In this document: positions 26,135-34,593 of the stretch, piece by piece | Layout: every line of letters starts with the position of its first letter | Numbering within the stretch: position 1 is the first letter of the stretch | Assembly: GCA_030539095.1 (NCBI GenBank) | Contig: JAUNST010000002.1 | Coordinates: 1-48,817 of the forward strand | DNA: 48,817 nt | Source: a bacterium | GTDB taxonomy: Bacteria > Patescibacteriota > Microgenomatia > UBA1400 > PJMF01 | Reading direction: 5' to 3' | Notes under the pieces: model-generated | Databases searched by the model: none | Told to the model about the DNA's origin: nothing | What the model saw: only the letters and a program-made list of their open reading frames with translations | Translations under genes and position numbers: made by a program

Positions 26135-26377
26135 ATGTTCTCCACTCGTTTTCGCTCTTGCCCAATTGAGCTCAAAGAAAGCGTGCCCAATTATAATCAG
26201 GCACTTATTTATTTAAGTGCGGAAATTCAAAAAGCTTATGGCTTTTTTCTCTACCAAAGTATTTACAATCTGCAAAGAGATCATGGGCTCACTAATCAAG
26301 ATATTATTAAAGCTTTTGGTTTTACGCGTCAGAACTTGAGTAAATTGGCTAAAAAGTACCGGCACTATTTTGTTTAA
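26135..26377 (+). CDS. Small HTH protein (regulator or excisionase candidate)
   Basis: 80 aa from ATG 26135 (aaagga SD). The ORF-track start 26051 would span attL. C-terminal HTH-like LTNQDIIKAFGFTRQNLSKLAKK. Confidence 0.55.
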   Translation: MFSTRFRSCPIELKESVPNYNQALIYLSAEIQKAYGFFLYQSIYNLQRDHGLTNQDIIKAFGFTRQNLSKLAKKYRHYFV

Positions 26378-26380
26378 TTT

Positions 26381-26557
26381 ATGCCAGCAGTTTTACCGCT
26401 TTTGCGGGCTTTATGCCGGAAGATTGAACGTTCACAAAGAAAACAGTTGAAACGAATTAATCGCGCGCGCGAGCGCGCGCAACAGCCGCTTTTTCCTACT
26501 TGGCAAGATTATCAATTGTGGACGCAAATACGCTTGTATAAAGAAAAACAGCGTTAA
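26381..26557 (+). CDS. Small basic hypothetical protein (58 aa; below the ORF-track cutoff)
   Basis: ATG lies 3 nt after the previous stop, and its own stop lies 3 nt before the next ATG. Both junctions share the same ttaatttatg sequence. Confidence 0.4.
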   Translation: MPAVLPLLRALCRKIERSQRKQLKRINRARERAQQPLFPTWQDYQLWTQIRLYKEKQR

Positions 26558-26560
26558 TTT

Positions 26561-26995
26561 ATGCGTGTGAATAAAAGCGGCTGGATCAAGCTTTACCGGC
26601 AATTGCTTCTAAGTGACCTTTGGCAAGATAAACCTTTTGCTCGCGGTCAAGCTTGGGTCGATTTACTTTTACTCTACGACAAAAACGCTAACCGTTTACA
26701 AATTAGCCAGCGAGAATTAAGTCGTCGGTGGGGCTGGAGCCTAACTAAAGTGCGAAATTTTTTGGCAGAATTGCAAGAGCATCAAGATTTAGAACTCATG
26801 CAAGAACAAAAAAAGACCACTCTTTTGCTGGCTAAATACCGCTTTTTTCAAGAAATTGCTTACACAAAAAAATCATTAGCGAGCGCAGTTAACTGGCAAA
26901 AACCAGAGGCATTAAAGAATAAGCAAGAAAAAGAAAAAAACAGCGCTTTGATTAGTAATCAAGCGCTGCTAGACTTTTGGGAAAAACAACGATGA
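26561..26995 (+). CDS. Winged-helix DNA-binding protein, replisome-organiser/replication-initiator-like
   Basis: N-terminus GWIKLYRQLLLSDLWQDKPFARGQAWVDLLLL...ISQRELSRRWGWSLTKVRNFLAELQ resembles phage replication-organiser N-termini. This is my recollection of that family, not a search result. Confidence 0.4.
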   Translation: MRVNKSGWIKLYRQLLLSDLWQDKPFARGQAWVDLLLLYDKNANRLQISQRELSRRWGWSLTKVRNFLAELQEHQDLELMQEQKKTTLLLAKYRFFQEIAYTKKSLASAVNWQKPEALKNKQEKEKNSALISNQALLDFWEKQR

Positions 26996-27309
26996 CCAGT
27001 GCTTGTTTAACTTGGGAAAAAACCAAAAAATTTTACTTGGAGGCTTGGCAAGCTGGTCAATTGGAAACCGTAATTTTGCAACAAGCGCAAACTTATTACG
27101 GTAGTCTGGCTAAAATGACTGCTAGTGGGCAATTGCATCAAGCTGGAAACTTTTTAGTCATGCAATTGCCCACTGCGAACCCAGATTTTAGTTTAACTCT
27201 ATTTGTCCATCGTTACCGATCAGAGTTATCTTATTTAAATTTGTTAAATCGTTCGCAAAATCTGATTTTTCGTTTACCACCTCTTAAGTCAAAAACCACT
27301 ACTGGTTGA
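26992..27309 (+). CDS. Hypothetical protein
   Basis: 105 aa; ATGA overlap with the upstream gene. Confidence 0.5.
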   Translation: MTSACLTWEKTKKFYLEAWQAGQLETVILQQAQTYYGSLAKMTASGQLHQAGNFLVMQLPTANPDFSLTLFVHRYRSELSYLNLLNRSQNLIFRLPPLKSKTTTG

Positions 27310-27310
27310 C

Positions 27311-27655
27311 CTAACTAAAAAAGACGTCTTGAATTAATTTGCTAGTTTTATTATCAAAATGATCCAAGCAACGAGTGGCGTGAATAATTTTTTGCAAAGC
27401 ACGCTTTTTGATTCTTTGTACGGTCGCCCGCGAAACAGCTATTTCATCAGCGATTTGTCCTTCAGTGTGGTCAAGGTAATAATTTTTACTAATCACTTCA
27501 GATTCTTCTTGAGACATCTGAAGAGCGGCACATAACTGACCAGTGATGCCTGGATTGCAAAGACGCAAACGCTCTTTGACAATTTTTTCTTCTAACATAT
27601 ACAAAATTAAAGAATGAACACATTTTAGAACGGTTTTTTCAAGATTTTGCTTCAA
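27311..27655 (-). CDS. Sigma-70 region-4-like HTH protein
   Basis: ...SEVISKNYYLDHTEGQIADEIAVSRATVQRIKKRALQKI matches the region-4 pattern. Confidence 0.55.
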   Translation of the reverse strand: MKQNLEKTVLKCVHSLILYMLEEKIVKERLRLCNPGITGQLCAALQMSQEESEVISKNYYLDHTEGQIADEIAVSRATVQRIKKRALQKIIHATRCLDHFDNKTSKLIQDVFFS

Positions 27656-27728
27656 TAAAGGCTCACCTTTTACCAGAGGAAAGGCTCTTTTTTTACATTG
27701 GCTGATAATTTTTACTCAAGAAAAAAGC

Positions 27729-27917
27729 TTATGGCTTTTCCAGACTGTTTTTGCTGCCTAGATTAATCGAAAAGTAGGCACTAGCCATGGAGATAGTGAA
27801 CATCCACCAGTCATCTGCGGTTAAAAAACCGCGCAAAACTAAGATAAAACCTAGAATTACTGGAATCAGCCACGCCAAAAATTTGCGGCTTAATAATTTA
27901 TGACCGATTTCGAGCAT
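27729..27917 (-). CDS. Small two-TM membrane protein (holin-like)
   Basis: 62 aa with two hydrophobic helices, directly downstream of the fibre gene. Confidence 0.4.
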   Translation of the reverse strand: MLEIGHKLLSRKFLAWLIPVILGFILVLRGFLTADDWWMFTISMASAYFSINLGSKNSLEKP

Positions 27918-27938
27918 CTGTTGAGACTTTCTAGCGCC

Positions 27939-28775
27939 TTATTCCTGGCGACCACCGAGATAAAGCCGAAAACCAGCGTTGCACTTTTCAATCATGTAGG
28001 TGGTCGCCTTGTTGGGCAAATTATTAGGCTCTAAATCGCTATTCATGCTCAGAAAACTGCTATTAAAAGTTAAATTGCGGTTGCCGACATTGTCTTGAAC
28101 AAAAATAAACGCTAGCCAATCCCCGATTTCCATATTAGTTGGTAGATTAAGGGTGAAATCTTGATTAGCTGTCACTTCTAGTTGATCGCTTAAACTTCCG
28201 TCTGGCGTCGTGCTGGCGCTATCGGTGATAATTGTGACTGCTCTGGGCGTTTTTAAGTAGGCGCGCCGGCGTTTATCAGTAATTTTCTCATTCAGAATCG
28301 CCGTGGCTCCAGCAGCAACTTCGATGACCGCTAATTTTTCAAAAGGGAAAAGCGTGCCTAAGGCCGTTTGAATTTCCGCGTCGGTGAGCTCCACTGGCGA
28401 AGCCGCTGGTGTACCAGCTAAAATCGCTAACTTAGCTACGTCTTTGCCTTCATTATCTTCGTCTGGCTGAGCATTTAAATCTAGATAAAGCACCACTGTA
28501 TCCAGGCGTGGATTAGAAGTGGCATTACTGCTAACGGTTAAAGTTTCCACGGCATCGCTGATAACCGGATAAGCATTGCCGCCGGTACTGTTTTTAAGAT
28601 AAGCGCGACCAGCTTGGACACTCACGCCCAAACTGCTAGGATTATTTTCTTCCACGGCAAAGTTGCTGCCGCTAAGTTTAATCATTCCGCCAGAGCGGAC
28701 TGCGTCGGTGAGTTGTGCGAGAACGGTTTTTTCTGGATGATTAGCGACTCCGGTGCGCATGGTATAAATTGACAT
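27939..28775 (-). CDS. Tail fibre / receptor-binding protein candidate
   Basis: 278 aa, the last large gene of the tail module. N-terminal part (...GRAYLKN...NPRLDTVVLYLD) resembles phage minor structural proteins. Confidence 0.5.
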   Translation of the reverse strand: MSIYTMRTGVANHPEKTVLAQLTDAVRSGGMIKLSGSNFAVEENNPSSLGVSVQAGRAYLKNSTGGNAYPVISDAVETLTVSSNATSNPRLDTVVLYLDLNAQPDEDNEGKDVAKLAILAGTPAASPVELTDAEIQTALGTLFPFEKLAVIEVAAGATAILNEKITDKRRRAYLKTPRAVTIITDSASTTPDGSLSDQLEVTANQDFTLNLPTNMEIGDWLAFIFVQDNVGNRNLTFNSSFLSMNSDLEPNNLPNKATTYMIEKCNAGFRLYLGGRQE

Positions 28776-28787
28776 AAAAACTTTCTT

Positions 28788-29885
28788 TTAATTATTTTCT
28801 AATCTTTCCAAACGTCGTAAAATTTCGCGGTAGTCTTGCAAGAAATCCTCGCTCGCTTGTTGCGGATTGAGAGTGAGATCAAGTAAGCAAGTTCCGTCTT
28901 TGTAAGTAAGCGTGCGCTTGCTTAGGCGCAACATTTGATCGAGATCAAGTTCGCGCAAGCGCAAGCGCACGCGATCGCCCACCTCATAACTTTGCCAGTC
29001 TGGCGCATTACCGAGCACGCTCAAAGTAATTTGATTATTACTGAGCGGAAAAGCGTTTTCCGCTAAATAAGTGGCTGCTCGTTCTGCCAAGCTGGCTTCG
29101 GTAGTTAAATCAGTGGCACTTAAATAACTTTCTTGTTTTCCCCAAGCCGTAATAGCATTTTGATCGGCAAAAGTATAACTGGCATTATTGCCTTTACCTT
29201 TAATTCGCACTTGATTCACTAAGTTGCCTAAAAGTCCTAGGCGACTTTGAAAACTCAAAATGTTTTGTTCGTCAAAAATAATGCCTGGTTGATCACTGCC
29301 AAGACGCGGATAAGCTAAATTTAATTGCCAATTCGCATTAAATTGCCAATCAAAACCATTGGCAATTTTATTAGCACTTAAACCGACTAAAGCGTCTAGG
29401 ACGCGCGCATTTTTAAAAGCGCGCGTCACTGTTACAGCGGTCTGACTAACTTCGCCCATGGTTAAACCTAAATCGGCACCGGCTTGGGCTTGAGTTAATA
29501 AATCCTCTGCCACCGTCATTAAATTAACATCGGTGTAATTTTGGCTGACGCCAGTTAAGCGCTTGCTAAGCAAGCTGCTCGCATCCGCAAAACTCAAGTC
29601 TAAACTTACGTCGTTTTGATCGCCATTCAAATTGGCGCTCGTCAACACACCTTTAAACAAAATGGTTTCTTTTACTTCATCATAAATGATAATTTTGCGC
29701 CAATTATCAAAAAGTAGTTGCCGCACCGTCTGCTGATTATTCTTTGCCACTTCGCGCAATAATACATACGGCACGCTTATTTGTCCCGATTCACCAAGGT
29801 TTAATGTCGTAGTCCAGCTAAACTGACTAAAAGGTAACCACCATTTTTGCGTTTCTTGCTTGTTGAGTAAATAAAGACTGAGCAT
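28788..29885 (-). CDS. Tail-associated hub protein (Tal / Sipho_Gp37-like)
   Basis: 365 aa, positioned after Dit. Pattern ...NGFDWQF...IIFDEQNI...VRIKGKG...GDRVRLRL typical of siphovirus Gp37-like proteins (from memory). Confidence 0.55.
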   Translation of the reverse strand: MLSLYLLNKQETQKWWLPFSQFSWTTTLNLGESGQISVPYVLLREVAKNNQQTVRQLLFDNWRKIIIYDEVKETILFKGVLTSANLNGDQNDVSLDLSFADASSLLSKRLTGVSQNYTDVNLMTVAEDLLTQAQAGADLGLTMGEVSQTAVTVTRAFKNARVLDALVGLSANKIANGFDWQFNANWQLNLAYPRLGSDQPGIIFDEQNILSFQSRLGLLGNLVNQVRIKGKGNNASYTFADQNAITAWGKQESYLSATDLTTEASLAERAATYLAENAFPLSNNQITLSVLGNAPDWQSYEVGDRVRLRLRELDLDQMLRLSKRTLTYKDGTCLLDLTLNPQQASEDFLQDYREILRRLERLENN

Positions 29886-29886
29886 T

Positions 29887-30729
29887 TTAAATTCCTAAAT
29901 AAGCGTCGTTATAGGCTAAAGTGGCGCTGCTAGCGGTAGTGGTGTCGTTGGCAGCAAAAAGAACATTGTTGCTGCCAGGAGCCACCGTCCACCATTGGCC
30001 AGAAATCGTCGGTAAAATATTGGTATTTTGTTTTAAAATAGCTGTCCGTTGATAAAAATCCAACACCAAAGTGTCGCCAGCACTTAAAGCCTGGCTACAT
30101 TGCAAACGTTGCGTTCTAGTTTGGTTAAGTAAAATAAATCCGTTCACCGGGCCAACGATGGTCGCCTGTAAATGGCTATAAGCATTGCCGGAGTTGGTTA
30201 ATTGAGTATACATTTCGCTGCTGGCGTTTAAATTCATGGCAGCCGGAACACTCATGGGAATTTGCAAACCGCCTAAATTAGCGATGCTGAGAGTGGCGCT
30301 TTTACTAGCGCCGAGTAAATACGATTTTTCCGTTTGAATTTGGATAAGAAACTCGCTTTTATTGACGTCGGCGGCGGCCATGGAATTTTGAATTGCCAAC
30401 ACTGCCGCCTTGCAAGTTAATTGCTGATTGTTATTGAGAACAAAAGTAAAAGTTTTCTGATCACTTTCGCTGCTGCCTGGATCAATGCTAAGTAAACTCA
30501 GAAAACGCTGTTTCTCAGCGGCGTTATTATCACCATTGGCAGTGATAATAACGCCAAAACTAATTACTAGGCTGCGGTAGCAAGCTTTGCCTAAAGCCAC
30601 GCCTTCGCCGCCGGCGCGGGCGTAACTGGCCACTTCAATCGTCGGACTGCCGGCGCCGTCGAGACTACTAATAAAACGGGTGCCGCTAATATTGACGCTG
30701 GTACCGTTAATGAGAATATTGCTGATCAT
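29887..30729 (-). CDS. Distal tail protein (Dit, Sipho_tail-like)
   Basis: ...LTNSGNAYSHLQATIVGPVNGFILLNQT...LSAGDTLVLDF is typical of Dit. ATG 30729 has an aaagga SD, so it is preferred to 30771. Confidence 0.6.
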   Translation of the reverse strand: MISNILINGTSVNISGTRFISSLDGAGSPTIEVASYARAGGEGVALGKACYRSLVISFGVIITANGDNNAAEKQRFLSLLSIDPGSSESDQKTFTFVLNNNQQLTCKAAVLAIQNSMAAADVNKSEFLIQIQTEKSYLLGASKSATLSIANLGGLQIPMSVPAAMNLNASSEMYTQLTNSGNAYSHLQATIVGPVNGFILLNQTRTQRLQCSQALSAGDTLVLDFYQRTAILKQNTNILPTISGQWWTVAPGSNNVLFAANDTTTASSATLAYNDAYLGI

Positions 30730-30743
30730 AATTCTGTTTTCCT

Positions 30744-31703
30744 TTAATAGCTCGGACTGCCGGCGAGCCAACCTAAACGTTGGATTAATGCTTCTAGTTG
30801 CTCGCTGCGATTAACAGTGGCGTTAACAGTAATCTGTGCCTGATTATTGCGATTTACAATTGTATTTGGCACAGCTTGCTGACCGCTAAGCATAGCCTTG
30901 GAAAGAACAAACTCGCCGGCGTGCACCAAAGCTAAACCAGTTTTCGGCACGTAACCGCCATTTTGAAATTTGGGAATTTGCCAATTGAGATCGAGACCAA
31001 TTTTGCCACCAACTTCGTTGACAAAAGCCAAGAGGCTATTAATTTTATCTATGACTCCGTTTACCAAGCCACTCACATAATTAATAATGTTGGCTGCCCC
31101 AGACTGGCAAACGCTACTTAAACCTTGCCAAAGTCCTCGCCAGAGTGCCGTGGCCAAATTGCCAAAAACAGTTAAACTATTGCCCAGAATGGTTAAAAGT
31201 TCACTCACGGCGGCGATCATCGTGGTGGCGGAAAAATCGCAATCAGCGATTAAAATTTCCCATTGACTATTGATAAAAGCCAAAAGCTGCGGCAATATTT
31301 CTTGTAAACTGAGGAGCAAATTGCCTACACCACCGGTGAAACTAACAAAAAGCGCATCTAAAGTTTGGGTAAAATGAGCACAAGTTTCGTCGAGTTGTTG
31401 CAAATATGGCGTAGCTACTTGAGTTGCCACTGGCAAATCTTCTTGTAAAAATTTCAAGAAGATTTGCGTGTTCCCTTGAAAATTTTCATCAGCAAAAACG
31501 TTTTGCAAGCCAACAAACGGACCTTTTAGATCTAAATCGGCTACTACTTGGCTTAAATTTTCTAATTTTTTTTGATATAAACCAACTGCTTGTGTCAAAT
31601 TAGTAATTTCTTTTTGATCAAGCGCCAGAAGTTGGTTATATTCTGCTTCGTCAGCAGTTAAATAACGTTCACCATAGCGTAATTCATTCGCAGTCATTGA
31701 CAT
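30744..31703 (-). CDS. Short tape measure protein
   Basis: 319 aa, helical N-terminal half, Gly/Leu-rich hydrophobic middle, C-terminal ...GGYVPKTGLALVHAGEFVLSKAM. Sits immediately upstream of Dit, with the chaperone gene further upstream across the 31704-32446 interruption. Confidence 0.6.
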   Translation of the reverse strand: MSMTANELRYGERYLTADEAEYNQLLALDQKEITNLTQAVGLYQKKLENLSQVVADLDLKGPFVGLQNVFADENFQGNTQIFLKFLQEDLPVATQVATPYLQQLDETCAHFTQTLDALFVSFTGGVGNLLLSLQEILPQLLAFINSQWEILIADCDFSATTMIAAVSELLTILGNSLTVFGNLATALWRGLWQGLSSVCQSGAANIINYVSGLVNGVIDKINSLLAFVNEVGGKIGLDLNWQIPKFQNGGYVPKTGLALVHAGEFVLSKAMLSGQQAVPNTIVNRNNQAQITVNATVNRSEQLEALIQRLGWLAGSPSY

Positions 31704-31828
31704 AAATACCTTTACCTATTTCAGATGATTTATTTTCTATTTTTATTGATCGGTTTTTATACATTGCTGCTTTTTTGCGGCTATCTTTATGCTAAAATGA
31801 ATTTTGGATTTATCTGTACTCGAGAGCA

Positions 31829-32158
31829 ATGGAAAAAACTAAGCGCAAATTAAGACGCCGTTTTTCGCAATTATCATTAGCTCAAGCGGCTAGAGTTTGT
31901 GAAAAACTTGGTTCACCAAAATTAGAAAAGGCAATCGTTTTAGACACTTATTGCCGATCTTTGGGCGAACAAAATTTAATTGAAAAACATCAAATCTCGC
32001 GGGCGACGCTCACTAGAGAAAGACAAACTTTCTGGCGCCGTGTGGACGCAGCCTTATTCGTACAAGATATTTTGCCGCCAGATGTTTACGATATCTTAAT
32101 TAAGGTTTTCTTAATTTTGATGACGATGTTTATGTGTAAATTGTCGGTTGCTATGTAG
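31829..32158 (+). CDS. HTH (sigma region-4-like) protein encoded antisense to the tail genes
   Basis: 109 aa; ...AIVLDTYCRSLGEQNLIEKHQISRATLTRERQTFWRRV. Confidence 0.5.
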   Translation: MEKTKRKLRRRFSQLSLAQAARVCEKLGSPKLEKAIVLDTYCRSLGEQNLIEKHQISRATLTRERQTFWRRVDAALFVQDILPPDVYDILIKVFLILMTMFMCKLSVAM

Positions 32159-32160
32159 TT

Positions 32161-32192
32161 GCATTTTTTCAACCGGGAAAACTTGAGCCTTT
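32161..32192. repeat. Motif copy c1 (TTTTTC-N6-GAAAACTTGAGCCTTT)
   Basis: gcattttttcaaccgggaaaacttgagccttt. 25 of 32 nt identical to c2. Confidence 0.7.
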
Positions 32193-32267
32193 AAACTTAA
32201 AAAGGTAGTTTACATCTGGAAAAAGCAAAAATAAATTAATTTTAGATTGATTGAAAGCACATAAAAT

Positions 32268-32299
32268 GCACTTTTTCGAGTGAGAAAACTTGAGCCTTT
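32268..32299. repeat. Motif copy c2
   Basis: gcactttttcgagtgagaaaacttgagccttt. Confidence 0.7.
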
Positions 32300-32392
32300 G
32301 TGCGGCTAAAACTTTTCTAATTAGGTTGATAATATTAAAGCTGTTCAACTAAGTACTGATAAATGGCTAAAGTGGCTTGGACAGTCGGAAAG

Positions 32393-32426
32393 GAGACCTG
32401 CCAAACATAGGCGGCGGGTCTCTTTT
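32393..32426. terminator. Hairpin terminator (possibly bidirectional) after the G/GT gene
   Basis: gagacctgcc (32393-32402) pairs with ggcgggtctc (32413-32422) with one G-U pair. tttt follows on the + strand and ctttcc on the - strand. Confidence 0.5.
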
Positions 32427-32446
32427 CAGTTAGCGCCGATTTAGGT

Positions 32447-32988
32447 TCATTTTTTCTGACGTTGGCAATCTCGCTCGGCTTTGTTTTTAATGCGTCGATA
32501 AAAAAGCATTTGTTGAATCCAGGCTTCTGGCTGAGCTAGGAGTTCCCAATAAGTGAGATGAAAAGTGTCGCATAAAAAACAAATTTCCAGATCTGGAGGT
32601 AAAGACGAGTCACTTTCACCGCGCAAAAAGCGGTAAAGTGGCTCTTCTAAACTTTTGGGACACTACTGCTGGCGGCTAAAAGCTGATTAACTGCGGCGAA
32701 AATTTTTTCGCCGTCTTGAGCGGGCAAATCAAAAATCTGTTCCAAAATTTCTTCTGGTTGAGTGTAACTTTGCCCGCCTATTTGTAGTTCTTGAATTAGG
32801 CTTTTAGCCGCCAGGTCTTGCGCCTCAAGCACCACGGTGCCAGGCACGCCAACCGTGGTTGGCGTGCCATTGGCGTTAATTTCGCTGCCGCTCAAGTAGA
32901 GTTTTTGTAACTCATGCTTGAGGCGCATGGAAACGAAATCCTTCAACAGTGCCTTATTGCCGGAATTTAGATCAACCGTGATACTCAT
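32447..32988 (-). CDS. Tail assembly chaperone G-T fusion made by -1 programmed frameshift
   Basis: Slippery heptamer C-CCA-AAA (plus-strand coordinates 32653-32659) lies 1 codon before the TAG. The -1 frame stays open for about 69 more codons, to TGA at 32449-32447. Confidence 0.6.
32647..32988 (-). CDS. Tail assembly chaperone (gpG-like)
   Basis: 113 aa, acidic, between the tube gene and the tape measure gene. Carries the slippery site at its 3' end. Confidence 0.65.
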   Translation of the reverse strand: MSITVDLNSGNKALLKDFVSMRLKHELQKLYLSGSEINANGTPTTVGVPGTVVLEAQDLAAKSLIQELQIGGQSYTQPEEILEQIFDLPAQDGEKIFAAVNQLLAASSSVPKV

Positions 32989-32989
32989 T

Positions 32990-33949
32990 TTAGCTAGCGT
33001 AACTACTAATTTGATTAATTAAGGTCAATTCGAAAAGAGTTTGCGTACTAGCATCCAAAGTGGCCACAAATTCCACTTCTAAACGAGCCGCTTCAGCGTT
33101 AATCGGATTGAGCAAAGCACTAAAATAGGCCTTTGGAAGGCTCAATTTCAGGCTTTCTTTGTTCACGTTGGTTCCGGAGAGACTGTCACCGTTAAAGGTG
33201 ATTTCTAAGGCTTTAGCGGCCTTGTCTAAATAGGCTTCGTAAAAACTTATCTGGTTGCTATCATTCAAATAGAGCACAAATTTGCCTTTTACCTCATAAC
33301 GACCGCTAGCAAAGCCTTGTGGATTCACATTGCCCAAACCGTATTGAGCTTGTTTATTGCTGATAATCTCCACTTCAAAGTTGGAAACCAGCGGTAAACT
33401 GGTATTATCAACTTTGAGACCAGCTGCCACGTCGGCATGAGTAAAAGTGTGTCCTAGATTGTAAGTGACAGTGGCAGCGCTGTTTACGTCTTCTACCACG
33501 CTCCTGCCGAGCAGACCATAAGTGGCTAAGATACTTCCTCCTGGCTCGGCAGTGATTTTCGCCGAGTTCACTAAAACACCGGCGTAACGCACCGGAAAAG
33601 TATCATTGTATTGCTCGATGGTGAAACTGGCTTTATTGCCTGTGGGCAAAAACTGATGTTCATAAATGCCAGTTTCGCCAGTGACAGCGGTGGTGGTAAC
33701 CGTACCACACAAACTGCGCCAGAAGTAACCAGCCGCCTGACTATCTAAGTCGGTCTCAATTTCGCCTTCATGCGTCACTAAACCTTGGTAATAGTCGCTG
33801 TAAGCGCTTAAACTGCCGTCAAAAACTTCTTGACCGCGCAAATCGACCAAAGTTTTCATGCCTTCGCCAGCTCGAATTGGCAAACCCTTTGTCGGCGCCA
33901 CCGCTGTACCAAGTGTGCTTTCTAAACCAAAACTAAAATGTTTACTCAT
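32990..33949 (-). CDS. Major tail (tube) protein
   Basis: 319 aa. The assignment is mainly by synteny: it lies immediately upstream of the frameshifting chaperone gene. Confidence 0.55.
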   Translation of the reverse strand: MSKHFSFGLESTLGTAVAPTKGLPIRAGEGMKTLVDLRGQEVFDGSLSAYSDYYQGLVTHEGEIETDLDSQAAGYFWRSLCGTVTTTAVTGETGIYEHQFLPTGNKASFTIEQYNDTFPVRYAGVLVNSAKITAEPGGSILATYGLLGRSVVEDVNSAATVTYNLGHTFTHADVAAGLKVDNTSLPLVSNFEVEIISNKQAQYGLGNVNPQGFASGRYEVKGKFVLYLNDSNQISFYEAYLDKAAKALEITFNGDSLSGTNVNKESLKLSLPKAYFSALLNPINAEAARLEVEFVATLDASTQTLFELTLINQISSYAS

Positions 33950-34091
33950 TTTGTCCTTTCACCTTAATAATTAATGGATGTTCCAACTCGAGGCTACAAA
34001 AGAATTCTTGGCCATAACGCAAAAAATAACTTTGACCGGTTTCTGTCCGCAAAACTAAGGGAAAAGATCCTATGTATCGGTATTTATTCAT
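33942..34091 (-). CDS. Small hypothetical protein (49 aa; below the ORF-track cutoff)
   Basis: ATG lies 1 nt after the upstream stop, and its own stop overlaps the tube-gene ATG. Confidence 0.4.
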   Translation of the reverse strand: MNKYRYIGSFPLVLRTETGQSYFLRYGQEFFCSLELEHPLIIKVKGQNE

Positions 34092-34092
34092 A

Positions 34093-34524
34093 TTAGCTCC
34101 GGACATTTTGATTAATTAAAAAAGTTAATTCCAATTTATAAACAGGAATAGGATTGTCTGAGCTATACTCGAGAGATGCTTCGCTAGTACTGCTCTGAGC
34201 CGCCCAACTGACGCCACTGCCCAAAGTAGTAGCTCCCTCAAGAGTATTGAGAATCGTCCAAACAGTGCTGCGGCAATTAGTTTCCCAGGCGCTCAAATCA
34301 GTAGCAGAATTAAAATAACAAACTTCAAAAGTGATGGCACGTTGATTACGGGCTAAATCCAGATAATAACTTTGATGCTTAGCCAGATTAATGGTCACTG
34401 TGGGGCCGCTCAGAGCGCTTAAATCCACTCTGGAGCCGCTGACGGTGACGCCGCTTAAGGCGTTTGTAAGTAAATTAACTAAAATAGTGACTAAGTCATT
34501 AAGCATAATTTTGATTGTAGGCAT
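34093..34524 (-). CDS. Tail terminator / tail completion-like protein
   Basis: 143 aa from ATG 34524. It is the first gene of the tail operon, upstream of the tube gene. The call is positional only. Confidence 0.4.
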   Translation of the reverse strand: MPTIKIMLNDLVTILVNLLTNALSGVTVSGSRVDLSALSGPTVTINLAKHQSYYLDLARNQRAITFEVCYFNSATDLSAWETNCRSTVWTILNTLEGATTLGSGVSWAAQSSTSEASLEYSSDNPIPVYKLELTFLINQNVRS

Positions 34525-34548
34525 TTTTTGCTCTTGTTTTATATATTT

Positions 34549-34586
34549 TAGCAATACTTGCAAATTATTGCTAAGAGTGCTAAAAT
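34549..34586 (+). promoter_or_regulatory. Promoter TTGCAA-N17-(TGc)TAAAAT overlapped by the inverted repeat TAGCAATA-N9-TATTGCTA
   Basis: -35 at 34558-34563, -10 at 34581-34586, inverted-repeat arms at 34549-34556 and 34566-34573. Lies in the divergent region between the tail operon and the 34594 gene. Confidence 0.5.
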
Positions 34587-34593
34587 TAGGCTT

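Noticed and set aside
25720-26190. ORFs 25720-25992 (+) and 25996-26190 (-)
   Set aside because: They overlap the tRNA-Ser(GGA) gene, the tRNA-fragment repeats and attL, and have no SD. They are artefacts of GC-rich structured DNA.
26462-26480. GC palindrome cgcgcgcgcgagcgcgcgc
   Set aside because: It lies inside the 58-aa ORF, where it encodes R-A-R-E-R-A. There is no partner site, so it is treated as coding sequence.
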